DNA from: an uncultured Chloroflexia bacterium
Lineage (GTDB): Bacteria > Chloroflexota > Anaerolineae > B4-G1 > SLSP01
Length of the DNA stretch: 64,000 nt
Reading direction: 5' to 3'
Assembly: GCA_963751345.1 (NCBI GenBank)
Contig: CAVVUS010000044.1
Span: 41,274 to 105,273, forward strand
Every line of letters begins with the position of its first letter. The stretch's first letter is position 1. The notes beneath the pieces were generated by a model. It saw only the letters and a program-made list of their open reading frames with translations. It made no database searches and was not told the DNA's origin. Made by a program: the position numbers and the translations under genes. Below, one piece after another: positions 10,304-20,100 of the stretch.

Positions 10304-11611
10304 CTACTGCCCGATCTCAGCGAGGACGTCGAGCGCAGGCTGCCAGCCCTCGTGGTACTTGAGTGCGGCATTTAGGTCAGCTTCGGCGCTCGTCAGGTCA
10401 CCCTGGGCGATGCGCGCCTTTGCGCGCCACAGATAGGACTCCTCCAGGTCGCTCGCCGTGGCCAGCGTAGCATTTGCCAGGTCGACGACGTCGTCATAGC
10501 GTCCTATCTGATAGTAGGTCTCGTAGGGTCCGAACTGATACCAGAGCATTCGATAGTAGAGACCAAGTTCCCGCGTGGTGTCATAGGCCACAGCAGCCTC
10601 GTCGTAGCGCCCAAGAGCGGTCAGGTTGGTGCCTACCGTGAACCAGCCGTACGTCACCCAATCCGAACCGCACGTCGCGTAGGCGAAGCACGCGTCAGGC
10701 GGCGTGCCGATCTCCGCCTGCGCACGTGCCAGCGCTTGCTCGTACATCGACGTGTCATCCATATCCGGGCCGATGAGTGTTGTCAGCTCGTCCCAGCGAT
10801 CGGGTGACGCGACTACGAGATAGGTCCAATCAAAGACACGCCAGAGTTCGCCGAACTCTGCGTAGGACATATAGGTGGGCGGATCGTAGAGCGAGTCGTA
10901 CAGGTTGAGCTCTTGGGTCGTGTCGTCGTATCCGATGACCAGCCTGAAGTGGCCGAGTTGGTCGCGTGCATCGCGGACATACCACGTCTCCACGATCACG
11001 GGATAGCCGGCTCGCAGGAGCGCCTTGACCCCGTCAAGCGTACCTCCGGCGCGGACAATGGCCTTCAGCCCGCGGTCCTCGGCATACGCTGCCATCTGTT
11101 CGATGCCGACGTGCTTGTCCTCGGGATCGGGCTTCAGCACCGGGGCGATATCGGACTGCCGGTCGTCGAGACCCCAATACGACATTGCCATCCCCAGAGT
11201 GGTCGGACCGCAGTTGTTCCAGCCCTGTCGCTCGTGGCGGATGCCCTCAAGCAGCACCTGTGCCGGCGGCGTGGGAGTGATGGTGGGCGTTGGGGTGGGT
11301 GTCTCGGTGGGTAGGGGCGTGATCGAGGGTTGGGGCGTGCTGGTGGGCGGCGGGGTCAGGGTGGGGGTCGGTAGGGATGTCGGTGGTGGGTCCGTCGCCG
11401 ATGCCGCCATTGCCGCTGGAGGCGCAACCGCCGCACCGAGCGGCGTGGGAAGCGTCAAGGGGTGGTTACTGTGACGTAGCTCCTGGAGTTGTGCCGGAAG
11501 CAGACTGGCGTAGCGGCCCGGAAGGGCCCGCACGACAGTGGGGATGGCTAACAGAGCGGTTCCTACAAGAGATAGCGCCACGATGACTACGATGTAGTGT
11601 ATCTTACGCAT
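10304..11611 (-). CDS. Membrane-anchored C39-like cysteine peptidase with Pro/Thr linker and TPRs
   Basis: N-terminal TM; QGWNNCGP, HFRLVIGYD and LYDS triad; C-terminal TPRs. ATG 11611 lies 7 nt after TATAGT, so the mRNA is probably leaderless. Confidence 0.85.
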   Translation of the reverse strand: MRKIHYIVVIVALSLVGTALLAIPTVVRALPGRYASLLPAQLQELRHSNHPLTLPTPLGAAVAPPAAMAASATDPPPTSLPTPTLTPPPTSTPQPSITPLPTETPTPTPTITPTPPAQVLLEGIRHERQGWNNCGPTTLGMAMSYWGLDDRQSDIAPVLKPDPEDKHVGIEQMAAYAEDRGLKAIVRAGGTLDGVKALLRAGYPVIVETWYVRDARDQLGHFRLVIGYDDTTQELNLYDSLYDPPTYMSYAEFGELWRVFDWTYLVVASPDRWDELTTLIGPDMDDTSMYEQALARAQAEIGTPPDACFAYATCGSDWVTYGWFTVGTNLTALGRYDEAAVAYDTTRELGLYYRMLWYQFGPYETYYQIGRYDDVVDLANATLATASDLEESYLWRAKARIAQGDLTSAEADLNAALKYHEGWQPALDVLAEIGQ

Positions 11612-11647
11612 GGAGCACACTATACCAGATTTCGCGGGAGGGCAAGG

Positions 11648-11923
11648 TCAAGGGGCGGGCTGAGCCTGCGGCTCGTCGCGGTACGCCCATCTGAGACGGT
11701 CCAGACGATCGAGGTAGTTCAACACATCTGTCGAGTCCGTCCACTGGTCGATCGCGCCCAGGCGAGGAGGAAACGCGAGCACTTCGGGATCCGTGATCTG
11801 TGACTCGAATGGCATCTGTGAAACGTTCCGCGTGGATGACAAGAAAGGGACGGTCGAAGAACTGCAAGAAGCGCACCAAGGCTCCTTTGTCCACGTCTGT
11901 GTGAGAGCATATCCTCGGCCCAC
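11648..11923 (-). CDS. Small hypothetical protein (start uncertain)
   Basis: C-terminal half reads like protein (TDPEVLAFPPRL...VLNYLDRLDRLRW); no family recognised. Confidence 0.3.
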   Translation of the reverse strand: MGRGYALTQTWTKEPWCASCSSSTVPFLSSTRNVSQMPFESQITDPEVLAFPPRLGAIDQWTDSTDVLNYLDRLDRLRWAYRDEPQAQPAP

Positions 11924-12007
11924 AGTATCACGTCCCGGTCGTCGTGCAAGCCGGGCGGGAGTTGCGACAGGCCGGGTGCGAGAGGGCAGGAAGCGGGCGC
12001 CTGATGG

Positions 12008-13496
12008 TCATCCAATGACAGCGTTGAGGCGCCGGAGGGCAGCCTCGCGCCCGATCGCCTCGAGTGTCTCATAGAGTGATGGCGTAGCTTGGCGCCCTGA
12101 GATGGCAATCCGTAGCGCCATGTAGAGCTCCCCGCGCTTCCATCCGAGAGCCTGGACCTGGGCATCGAGCACGGTCGCGAGGCCCTCCGAAGTCCATTCG
12201 TCAGCATGCAACCTTGCGAGTGCCCCGGCGGCCGTGGCAAGCGCTCTCTGCAGCACCGTCCACGTATGACGCCGTGTGAAGCGATTCTGGCCCAGTAACT
12301 CCAGACAGCCTCTCAGGGTCCGGGTCATAGAAGAAGAAGGAGAGCAGGTCGGGTGCTTCGTTGAGCGTCTTCATGCGTTCTCGGACCAACGCCACGATAC
12401 TTTCCGTGCGCTCCGTCTCCCGGGCGGACCGGTCCATCACCGAGATAGGCTCTGCAGCACTAACGAGCGGCAGGACTCGCCGCGTCAGATCGGGTACCGG
12501 GAGATGTCGGATATAGTATCCGTTCATCCACAGGAGCTTGTCCCGGTCAAAGATGGCATTGGACGGACTGCAGCGGCCCAGCGAGAACGACGCCAGCAAG
12601 TCGTCAAGGGACAGAATCTCCCGGTCTGTGCCCGGACTCCAGCCGCTGAGCGCGAGGTGGTTGAGCATAGCCTCCGGCAGATATCCCATCTCCTGGAATT
12701 CCCCGATGTAGACGGCGCCGGTGCGCTTGCTGATTTTCGACCGATCGGGGTTGAGCAACAGGCCGACGTGGGCGAAGGCCGGCGGATCGAAGCCCAGTGC
12801 TTCGTAGATCTGCAACTGGGGAAACGTGTTATTGAGATGCTCAGCCCCGCGGATGACGTGCGATATCTCCATCAGATGCTCATCAATGACTGTTGCGAAG
12901 TGATAGGTCGGCATCTTATCGGATTTCACTATCACGGGATCGCCGATCAGCGCCGCGTCCTGCTCGACGCGGCCTTGCACGAGGTCCTCCAGCACCATAG
13001 GCTTGGGCGTGAGTCGCAGCCGCAGAACGTTCGGCCGGCCTGCTCGCAAGCGAGTCTGCACTTCGGAGGATGTGAGCGACGCGCAGCGTCCGTCATACCT
13101 CGGCGGGTGGCCCTCGGCCAGGGCGGCCCCGCGCTGAGCTGCGAGCTCGTCCGGCGTGCAGAAACAGCGGTAGGCCCGCCCGCTGTCGAGGAGCCGCTGC
13201 GCATGTTCACTGTACAACTCCAACCTCTCCGACTGCCGGTAGGGGCCGTAAGGTCCGCCGATGTCCGGCCCCTCGTCCCACTGGAGTCCTAACCACTGCA
13301 GCCCTTCCAGGATGCCCTGCTCAGATCGAGCGGTGGACCGCCGGCGGTCGGTGTCGTCGATCCTGAGGATGAACCGTCCCTGGTGCTGCCGTGCGAAGAG
13401 CAGATTGTACAGGGCGCTTCGCGCTGTGCCTACGTGGCAGTGCCCCGTTGGACTCGGCGCGATTCGGACGCGAATCGGGCTGGTTGGACTGGTCAT
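12008..13496 (-). CDS. gltX: Glutamate--tRNA ligase (frameshift near 12320)
   Basis: RIAPSPTG, HIGH-like HVGT, LRIDDTD, GPYRQSER, CFC...YDGRC Zn motif, KISKR. The anticodon domain (LRIAISGRQATPSLYE) is in ORF 12008-12328. Confidence 0.92.
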
Positions 13497-13520
13497 GGGT
13501 CTCTCCTGGTCTCTTGGGGG

Positions 13521-13555
13521 AACAAAAAACCAGCCTACTTGCGGGTAGGCTGGTT
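13521..13555 (-). terminator. Intrinsic terminator in the gltX leader (attenuator)
   Basis: Minus strand AACCAGCCTAC-ccgcaa-GTAGGCTGGTT-TTTTGTT, ~25 nt before the gltX ATG. Confidence 0.85.
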
Positions 13556-13587
13556 GGTGACTCAGGTCGTCGGTCAGCTACGAAGCG

Positions 13588-13659
13588 TCAACCGTCCCGC
13601 ACGGTAGGGGGGATGGACTGCTGCTCACGCTGCTGCCGGCCGACCAATGGGTGGATCAT
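13588..13659 (-). CDS. Putative gltX leader peptide MIHPLVGRQQREQQSIPPTVRDG
   Basis: ATG 6 nt after the -10 box; codons CAG CAG CGT GAG CAG CAG; stop 32 nt before the terminator stem. Confidence 0.7.
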   Translation of the reverse strand: MIHPLVGRQQREQQSIPPTVRDG

Positions 13660-13665
13660 ATTCGC

Positions 13666-13693
13666 ATCGTACAGTGGATGGCCTTATTGTCAA
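13666..13693 (-). promoter_or_regulatory. Promoter of the gltX leader
   Basis: TTGACA-16 nt-TACGAT. Confidence 0.75.
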
Positions 13694-13858
13694 ATGGTGC
13701 CGTCCGCCACCCTCGATGGCAGACGGCCGAGGAGGGGAGGTCATCGTGAGTAGCCATCGCACGGACGATTGTGGTTCACGCGCCCCGGGCGTACAATCTG
13801 CCAACGTCGTGCCCAGCCATACCTCTGGCGGCTGGGGACCTCAGCAAGGAGACATCGC

Positions 13859-14224
13859 ATGAACCCACCAACTTTCTCAGGGTGGCACTATCGATACCTC
13901 ATCATCGCGCTGGAGCAGCGGGACCCGCCGGCGCCGTGGGGCATCCACACGAACCTCGCGTTCAACGATGTTCCCGCCTGCAACTGCCCGGCGACCTTCC
14001 ATAGTGGCCTCGATGTGCACGGACGTGAACTCGGCGGGTTCTTCAATACCGACGCGACGCGGACGATCGACGCGATGGTCCCGCCCATCTCGCCGGCGAC
14101 GTGGCTCACCACACCGAACGGTGCGCCGATGCTGCGCGAGGCGATTGGTGCGGCGGCCCTCTTCGAAGGCGAGATGAGCCATCACGTCCACTTGCCCCTG
14201 GCGTTGGGATTGGGGGCGGCGTGA
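13859..14224 (+). CDS. Hypothetical protein or gene remnant ending in an xLPLx tail
   Basis: AAGGAG RBS then ATG 13859; ends HVHLPLALGLGAA; stop overlaps the xylB GTG. Confidence 0.4.
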   Translation: MNPPTFSGWHYRYLIIALEQRDPPAPWGIHTNLAFNDVPACNCPATFHSGLDVHGRELGGFFNTDATRTIDAMVPPISPATWLTTPNGAPMLREAIGAAALFEGEMSHHVHLPLALGLGAA

Positions 14225-15735
14225 GGACCTCGCCCCTGCTCGTCGGGATTGACGTTGGCACCTCCAGCACCAGGAGCATCGTGGTGACGCCGGACGGCGA
14301 CGTGCTGGGCTTGGCCGCCCGCGAAACGCCGGTCGATACGCCCCGGCCCGGCTGGGCCGAGCAGGACGCGGACGTGTGGGTCGAGACCGCGCTGTCGACG
14401 ACGCGCGCCGCAATGGCTGCGGCGGACGTCGTCCCGGAGGCCGTGCATGCTATCGGCCTATCGGGCCAGATGCATGGCACCGTATGTGTGGGCGAGTCGG
14501 GGCGACCGCTGCGCCCTGCTGTGATCTGGGCCGACCAGAGGACGGTGCAGCAGGTCTCAGAGATCCGCGCGACGCTCGGCGCGGATCAGCTGGCGGCGTG
14601 GACGGGGAATCCACTGGCGACCGGCTTTATGCTGCCGACGTGGGTCTGGCTGCGCGAGCGGGAGCCGGACGTTCTGGCAGCCACGCGTTGGCTGATGCTC
14701 CCCAAGGATTACGTCCGCTATCGTCTGACCGGCGAACCGGGCACCGAACCGAGTGATGCTTCCTCGACCTCGCTCTTCAATCCCGCAGAACGTCGATGGA
14801 GCGAGCCGCTGCTGGCGGCGCTTGATCTGCCGGACGGGTGTCTGCCGCCCGTCCATCTCTCCACGGCTGTCGCCGGCGGCCTGTTGCCCGATATGGCCGA
14901 GGCCGCGGGGCTGCGGCCGGGCACCCCGGTGATCTATGGTGGGAGCGACCAGGCGATGCAGGCGTTCGGGAATGGCGTGGTCTCGCCGGGCGTGGTCTCG
15001 TCCACCATCGGCACGGGAGGGCAACTCTTTGCGCCGACGGATCGGCCCGTGGTCGACGCGCCTCGGCTGCGGATGCACAGCTTCTGTCACGTCCTGCCCG
15101 ACCTCTGGCACGTCGAGACCGCTATGCTTTCGGCAGGGCTATCGCTACGTTGGCTGAGGGATCAGGTGCTGGGTGTGGCCTCCTACGACGAGATCGTGGA
15201 CGAGGCGCAAGGTGTGCAGCCGGGGGCGGATGGCCTCCTCTTCCAGCCCTACCTCGCCGGCGAACGCACGCCACACATGGATCCGCGCGCCAGAGGCAGT
15301 TTCGTCGGGTTGACGCGACGGCACACACGCGCGCACCTAGCGCGGGCCGTGATGGAGGGCGTTGTCTTCGGCATGCGGCAGGGGCTCGACGTGATGCTGT
15401 CGTTGGGCGTGCCCGTGGACCGGATCGTGGCCTCTGGGGGCGCGACACGGCATCCGCTGTGGCTACAGTTGCAGGCCGACATCTACGACCGGCCTATTCA
15501 CCGCACCGCCTCAGGGGAGGCCGCGGCGATGGGCGCCGCACTGCTGGCGGGCGTGGGTGTGGGCCTGTTCGCAGATGCACAGACTGCCATTCGCAGTGCC
15601 GTCCGCTGGCACGAGGGTGTCGTCCTGCCCGATCCGGGTCGTGCGAATCTCTATCAGCGTCACTACCAGCTCTACTGCGACCTATATCCTGCATTGGCGT
15701 CGACTGATTGGTCGCTGGGGACAACGGCTCAGTGA
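14221..15735 (+). CDS. xylB: Xylulokinase / FGGY carbohydrate kinase
   Basis: GIDVGTSS, IGLSGQMHG, WADQR, PKDY, PYLAGERTP, RAVMEGV. Confidence 0.88.
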   Translation: MRTSPLLVGIDVGTSSTRSIVVTPDGDVLGLAARETPVDTPRPGWAEQDADVWVETALSTTRAAMAAADVVPEAVHAIGLSGQMHGTVCVGESGRPLRPAVIWADQRTVQQVSEIRATLGADQLAAWTGNPLATGFMLPTWVWLREREPDVLAATRWLMLPKDYVRYRLTGEPGTEPSDASSTSLFNPAERRWSEPLLAALDLPDGCLPPVHLSTAVAGGLLPDMAEAAGLRPGTPVIYGGSDQAMQAFGNGVVSPGVVSSTIGTGGQLFAPTDRPVVDAPRLRMHSFCHVLPDLWHVETAMLSAGLSLRWLRDQVLGVASYDEIVDEAQGVQPGADGLLFQPYLAGERTPHMDPRARGSFVGLTRRHTRAHLARAVMEGVVFGMRQGLDVMLSLGVPVDRIVASGGATRHPLWLQLQADIYDRPIHRTASGEAAAMGAALLAGVGVGLFADAQTAIRSAVRWHEGVVLPDPGRANLYQRHYQLYCDLYPALASTDWSLGTTAQ

Positions 15736-16037
15736 TCGCTCATCGCCCCAAATTGACAGAGGAGATGTGGACGCCAATACCCCGTCGCCTCCCTGGTTCT
15801 GGAGCCCCGGTGTCTGTCGTGTCTATCTCAAGCGCTTGCATCGTGGTCATCGAGTTCGGCACCCGGCGGATGATCGCGCCATAGGTCAGTGTCCCGCTCT
15901 ACACCCTTCTTGTACAAGACGGAGTAGTTGTTGTACAATCCCTCTCATACCGAAAGCTAACTTTCTGGTGCGGTCGGCGTACGTGCGCCGGTCGCCAGGG
16001 GAGTCAGCCTGAGCCATCGGCTGTGAGGAGGTGAGCT

Positions 16038-17328
16038 ATGGTTTCGCTGCGACGTATATGCCTCGCGGTCGTCACCCTTTCGGCGGTCCTGCTGTGCGCC
16101 AGCACGCCTGCGGCTGCATACCCTCAGGGGCAGACCGGCTCCGCCCCGCCTGTCCTGGGCTCCGGGCCCTTGTCGGGCGTCATCCGTGCCCCCGACGGTT
16201 ATGCCACGCCGGCAGCGCCCGTACCGGAGTCCACGGGGACCGTGGCTGCGACCGGCGGGCTGCGGGCGGTGGCCGTTGTCGGAGACGTGGGCAGCGTGAC
16301 GGCTACCTATAAGCAGGATATGGACTCCGCCGTGACGGCCCTGGAGGCGCACGGTGTTACGGTGACGCGCTTCACCTATGGTGAAGGTAGCTTCACCTGG
16401 GCGGATATCGTGGCGGCGGCACAAGGGTGCACACTTCCTGCTGTATATGGGCCATGGCGTTTACTGGGGTGGCACGTGCACCAACCCCACGAGTGTAGGG
16501 GGCTTCTACCTGGGACCAGGGCAGTTTGTGTCACCAGGTGCAGTCTACACAGACCTTGCGGGGCGACTGGCTGATGATGCAGTGATCATCTTCAGCCACG
16601 CGTGTTACACTGCCGGCAGTACTGCGTGCGATGCGAGCGGTCAACCGGGCGTGGCAGAGGCCGAGCGCCGCGTGACGCTCTATGCTGAGGCCTTCACCCA
16701 TCTTGGTTTGCAGGCGTACTTTGCCAACAACTACTTCGGGTCGGCCGCGGCCATCGTCAACCGTCTGCTCGACGATTCATCATTCCGGAGTAGCGTTGGC
16801 GACGTCTTCCGTGCCACGTACCCCAACGGTTCAGGCAACCATCGCGATCTCAGTTACCCGGTCCCAGGCTACGATCTCTGGCTGAACGGCAGCGATGGGA
16901 ATTGGGATCACGGCTTCGTGGGGCAGCCGTCCTACGTCTTCAGTGGGGACCTTGTTGTGCCTGAGCTGGGCGGACTTCCGGCGACGCTTGGCTTCCTGCA
17001 CAGCGAATACGATCACGTCACCACACCCGCGGTCGCCCATCTCACTCCCGCCAATGTGACGACAGATGATCAGCTGACCTGGAGTGTGACCAAGGTCGGG
17101 AACTGGTTCAGCGTCGCGCCTCTTTCGGGCACAACGCCCGACGGATTCACGTTGTCTCCGGGAACCTTGGAGGCTCTGCCTCCCGGGTCCTACACGGGGG
17201 CGATCACCGTGTCGGTCACAGATCCCGCGGACGCCGTGGCGACTCCTCAGCGGATCGAGGTGTTCCTCCGGGTGACCGACGGGCCACTCTACATCGCGTA
17301 CCTTCCTGCGGTCGCCAAGCACCCGTAG
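16038..17328 (+). CDS. Secreted protein: clan CD-like (His-Gly...Ala-Cys) domain + BACON/Ig-like domain + YLPxV tail (frameshift near 16425)
   Basis: Signal peptide; YMGHG and FSHACYTAG; LTWSVT...WFSVAPLSG...PGSYTGAITV; ends YIAYLPAV. Confidence 0.7.
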
Positions 17329-17461
17329 TCGCCTAACCCAAACCTTGCCAACGATATCCACCCTCAGACCCACACAGCCCGTCATCTGGATCATCGGCGG
17401 GCGTGCTATGCTGTCAGTGATAGCCTGGATCGGCCGGGTTTCGCACTAAGGGAGGTAGACT

Positions 17462-17731
17462 ATGATGAAGCTGATGCTGCGGCATACGGTTCAGGACTTC
17501 GCGCGATGGAAGGTTGTCTTCGACCAGCACGAGTCCGCCCGCAAGGATGCCGGCCTGACGGTGGAGCATATCTGGCGGAACGCTGACAACCCTAACGAGG
17601 TCATTGTACTGATGGACGTCGCCGATGTGCAGGCGGCGCAGTTGTTTTCTGGTTCGGCTGAACTCAAGGAGGCCATGGCTGAGGGAGGCGTGATGGGGCC
17701 GCCCGACGCGGTCTTCCTTACGAGCGATTGA
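17462..17731 (+). CDS. Small dimeric alpha-beta barrel ('cyclase'/ABM-like) protein
   Basis: HTVQDFARWK.VFD, RNADNPNEV, ELKEAMAEGGVMGPP; GGAGG RBS. Confidence 0.8.
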   Translation: MMKLMLRHTVQDFARWKVVFDQHESARKDAGLTVEHIWRNADNPNEVIVLMDVADVQAAQLFSGSAELKEAMAEGGVMGPPDAVFLTSD

Positions 17732-17750
17732 GGCCACACCACATATGACG

Positions 17751-17790
17751 GGGCAGGTCCCCAGGCATGCGGCGACCAGAGGACCTGCCT
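17751..17790. terminator. Hairpin between convergent genes
   Basis: GGCAGGTCC...GGACCTGCC. Confidence 0.55.
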
Positions 17791-17801
17791 GACCCTACGT
17801 G

Positions 17802-19091
17802 CTAGAAGGGGCGGGGAGCTGCGCCCATCAGGTAGCCGAAACGTTCCATCAACTGCTCCGGCGTCATGTTGGTCTGTGCGGCCATTCTCGAGATCAGGAT
17901 GTCGTCGTCGGCGTTCTCTTCCTTGAGACGCACCATCAGCTTGTACGCTGAGTGGTACTGGGCGGAGTCCACATCGACGATGCGCACCTCGGTGCGCCCG
18001 GTCTCAGGATCCATCATGTCGTCAAAGGGGATCGGGACCACATGGCCATTCTGGATCGTCACGGTAGCGTGGCTGCCGCCGCTGAGCAGGAACTCAACCG
18101 CAGCCTGCCCGATGCTCCGCGTATAGTCGATGTCGTAGGGACTGGGGTCACAACTGCGGAGTTCGTACCCAATGTCCTTACTGACGAGGCGCATATCGAT
18201 GCCGATCTCCTTGAGCTCGGTGCGAACGGCCTTGCGCAGCGTGTCCCCGATGTTGATCTCGGCAAGTCGGACGTGGCCGTGCTCGTCCCTCTCAGCATTG
18301 TTAATTTCGTCAAAGTCTGACGGATCCATCAACTCGACCAGACCCTCGGCAACCACGGCGACGCCGTGGTTGCGTCCCTCCGCGAGCCTGCGCAAGATCG
18401 ATGCGACGAGGACGTCCACGACCTCCTGCATCCGCACTCTGCGCCCACGCCACTCCTCTGGGATGAGGGTAAGGGTCGCGCCCGAGCTACGGCCTATGGC
18501 GAGGGCAAGATGCCCGGCTTTGCGGCCCATGGCCACGACGATATACCATCTCTGGGTCGTCAAGGCGTCCTCCATCAGGCTCAAGACGATGCGCGCACCC
18601 GTGTCGCGGGCGGTCTCGAACCCGAAGGTGGGAATCTCGTAGGGCAGGGGCAGATCGTTATCGATGGTCTTCGGCGCGTGTGCGGTGCGGATCCGAACCC
18701 CAAGGTTCTCGTCAGCGTAGCGAGCCACGCGGTAGGCAGAATAGGCCGTGTCGTCGCCGCCGATGGCCAGAAGGCAGCTAATGCCGTTGTCGATGAGGGC
18801 CTGACCACACTTGCGCAGCAGCGCCTCGTCGCGCGTTGGGTTCGCGCGGGACGTGTAGAGAATCGATCCGCCGCGGCTGTAGATGCGCGTGACGTCATCA
18901 AACGTGAGGCTCTGTCCGACGACCTTGCCCTCCATCAAGTGCTTGAAGCCCTCGCGGATGCCAATGACTTCCATCCCGTTGTTGAGTGCTTCAATCGTCG
19001 CCGCGTGAATCACGCCGTTGATGCCGGGGGCGGGGCCTCCGCCCACGAGAATACCGAGTTTGCCGTGTTTGGATTCGTAGATCATGCCCAT
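17802..19091 (-). CDS. pfp: Pyrophosphate-dependent phosphofructokinase
   Basis: GGGPAPG, GGDDT (Asp diagnostic of PPi use), PKTIDND, MGR, IGYELR. Promoter TTGCCT-16-TATACT at 19153-19180. Confidence 0.9.
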   Translation of the reverse strand: MGMIYESKHGKLGILVGGGPAPGINGVIHAATIEALNNGMEVIGIREGFKHLMEGKVVGQSLTFDDVTRIYSRGGSILYTSRANPTRDEALLRKCGQALIDNGISCLLAIGGDDTAYSAYRVARYADENLGVRIRTAHAPKTIDNDLPLPYEIPTFGFETARDTGARIVLSLMEDALTTQRWYIVVAMGRKAGHLALAIGRSSGATLTLIPEEWRGRRVRMQEVVDVLVASILRRLAEGRNHGVAVVAEGLVELMDPSDFDEINNAERDEHGHVRLAEINIGDTLRKAVRTELKEIGIDMRLVSKDIGYELRSCDPSPYDIDYTRSIGQAAVEFLLSGGSHATVTIQNGHVVPIPFDDMMDPETGRTEVRIVDVDSAQYHSAYKLMVRLKEENADDDILISRMAAQTNMTPEQLMERFGYLMGAAPRPF

Positions 19092-19231
19092 AGGTTGCCT
19101 CTCTTCAATGATTGTAGGTTTGCTTGAGCCGCAGGACGGCCAGCCTCGGCGAAGTATAACGTAAGTTAGGTCTCAGGCAATGACACCTAACCTTGCCCGT
19201 TTACCGGTTGACTGCGCGACCCAAAGGCAGA

Positions 19232-19618
19232 TCAACTACCCATGGGGGTGCCACGCTGCGCGAGCTGGAGCGCGATACCCCACGGGTCGCGTAGCATTAC
19301 GAGACGCGTCCCGTCGGCTGAAGTTGAGTCCGAGAGCTCCGAAGCTCCGGCAGCGAGCAGCCGGGCCTTCGTCGCGCCCATATCCTCCACTGCGAAGGCG
19401 ACGTGGACGACGAGAGGGTCCTGTTGTGTGTAGTCGGGAATCGGAGCCTTGGTGTTGGCATAGAGCTCGAAGATCACCCGGCCCGTGGCGTCGGCCAGGA
19501 ATCGCATATAGGGTGGGCCATCGCCCGAACGCACGATGCGCATACCGCAGTTGTCGACGTACCACTCTGCCATCGATCTGGGGTCGGGCACATTGAGGGC
19601 GACGTGTTCGAAATACAT
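19232..19618 (-). CDS. VOC/glyoxalase family protein
   Basis: FEHVALNV, IFELY, HVAFAVED, LRDPWGIALQL; GGAGG before ATG 19618. Confidence 0.9.
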   Translation of the reverse strand: MYFEHVALNVPDPRSMAEWYVDNCGMRIVRSGDGPPYMRFLADATGRVIFELYANTKAPIPDYTQQDPLVVHVAFAVEDMGATKARLLAAGASELSDSTSADGTRLVMLRDPWGIALQLAQRGTPMGS

Positions 19619-19879
19619 ACTGGGGCCTCCTCTGGTGTTATTGCCGCGCTTGATGGCATCCGATGACGGCTCTTGCGCGAGCACGGTAACGATGTCGTCC
19701 GATTGTACCTGCAAGCCCCTCAGGCGCAACAGCCCGGCCCTGCAAAGGCTGGAGTGGCATCGGTTTGTGTGGAGCCCAGTGGTCAGGTCTCACTCACCAC
19801 CTAGAGTAGGGCGCCCGACGTGTCGCAGGAAAGCCACGCACCAAGCGTCAGGTTTGCGTCAAGTATTCCAGCAGACATC

Positions 19880-19981
19880 TGCTATTCTATATGTAGATCG
19901 CGCAGGAACGCGAGTGACATTAGATTCTCCTCCTTCTGGAGAACCGGAGGCATTGGGGACAGCCTCCGGTTCTTCACGTCT
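19880..19981 (+). ncRNA. Putative small RNA, copy 1 (with extended -10)
   Basis: TGcTATTCT, then CAGGAACGC...CTCCTCCTT and hairpin GAACCGGAGGC/GCCTCCGGTTC; paralogous to 20101-20199. Confidence 0.55.
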
Positions 19982-20100
19982 ATGGAAGTATCCTCGGGTA
20001 ACCAAACCTACTTCAGACCAACTGCGGCTGATTTTCCCGATACTGTAGGGATGACGTCAGCTAAACATCAGATAATCGTCAGGCGTGATCGCCATAATTA

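Noticed and set aside
11270-11400. Low-complexity repeats (also 23100-23300 and 63700-63760)
   Set aside because: They encode Pro/Thr linkers and a Glu-Pro tail, which are ordinary protein features
13500-13690. T-box riboswitch upstream of gltX
   Set aside because: No GGTGG-ACC-type T-box bulge or specifier stem recognised; a leader peptide fits better
15765-15884. 39-codon ORF after xylB
   Set aside because: The SD-like sequence abuts the ATG with no spacing, and the peptide has no recognisable features
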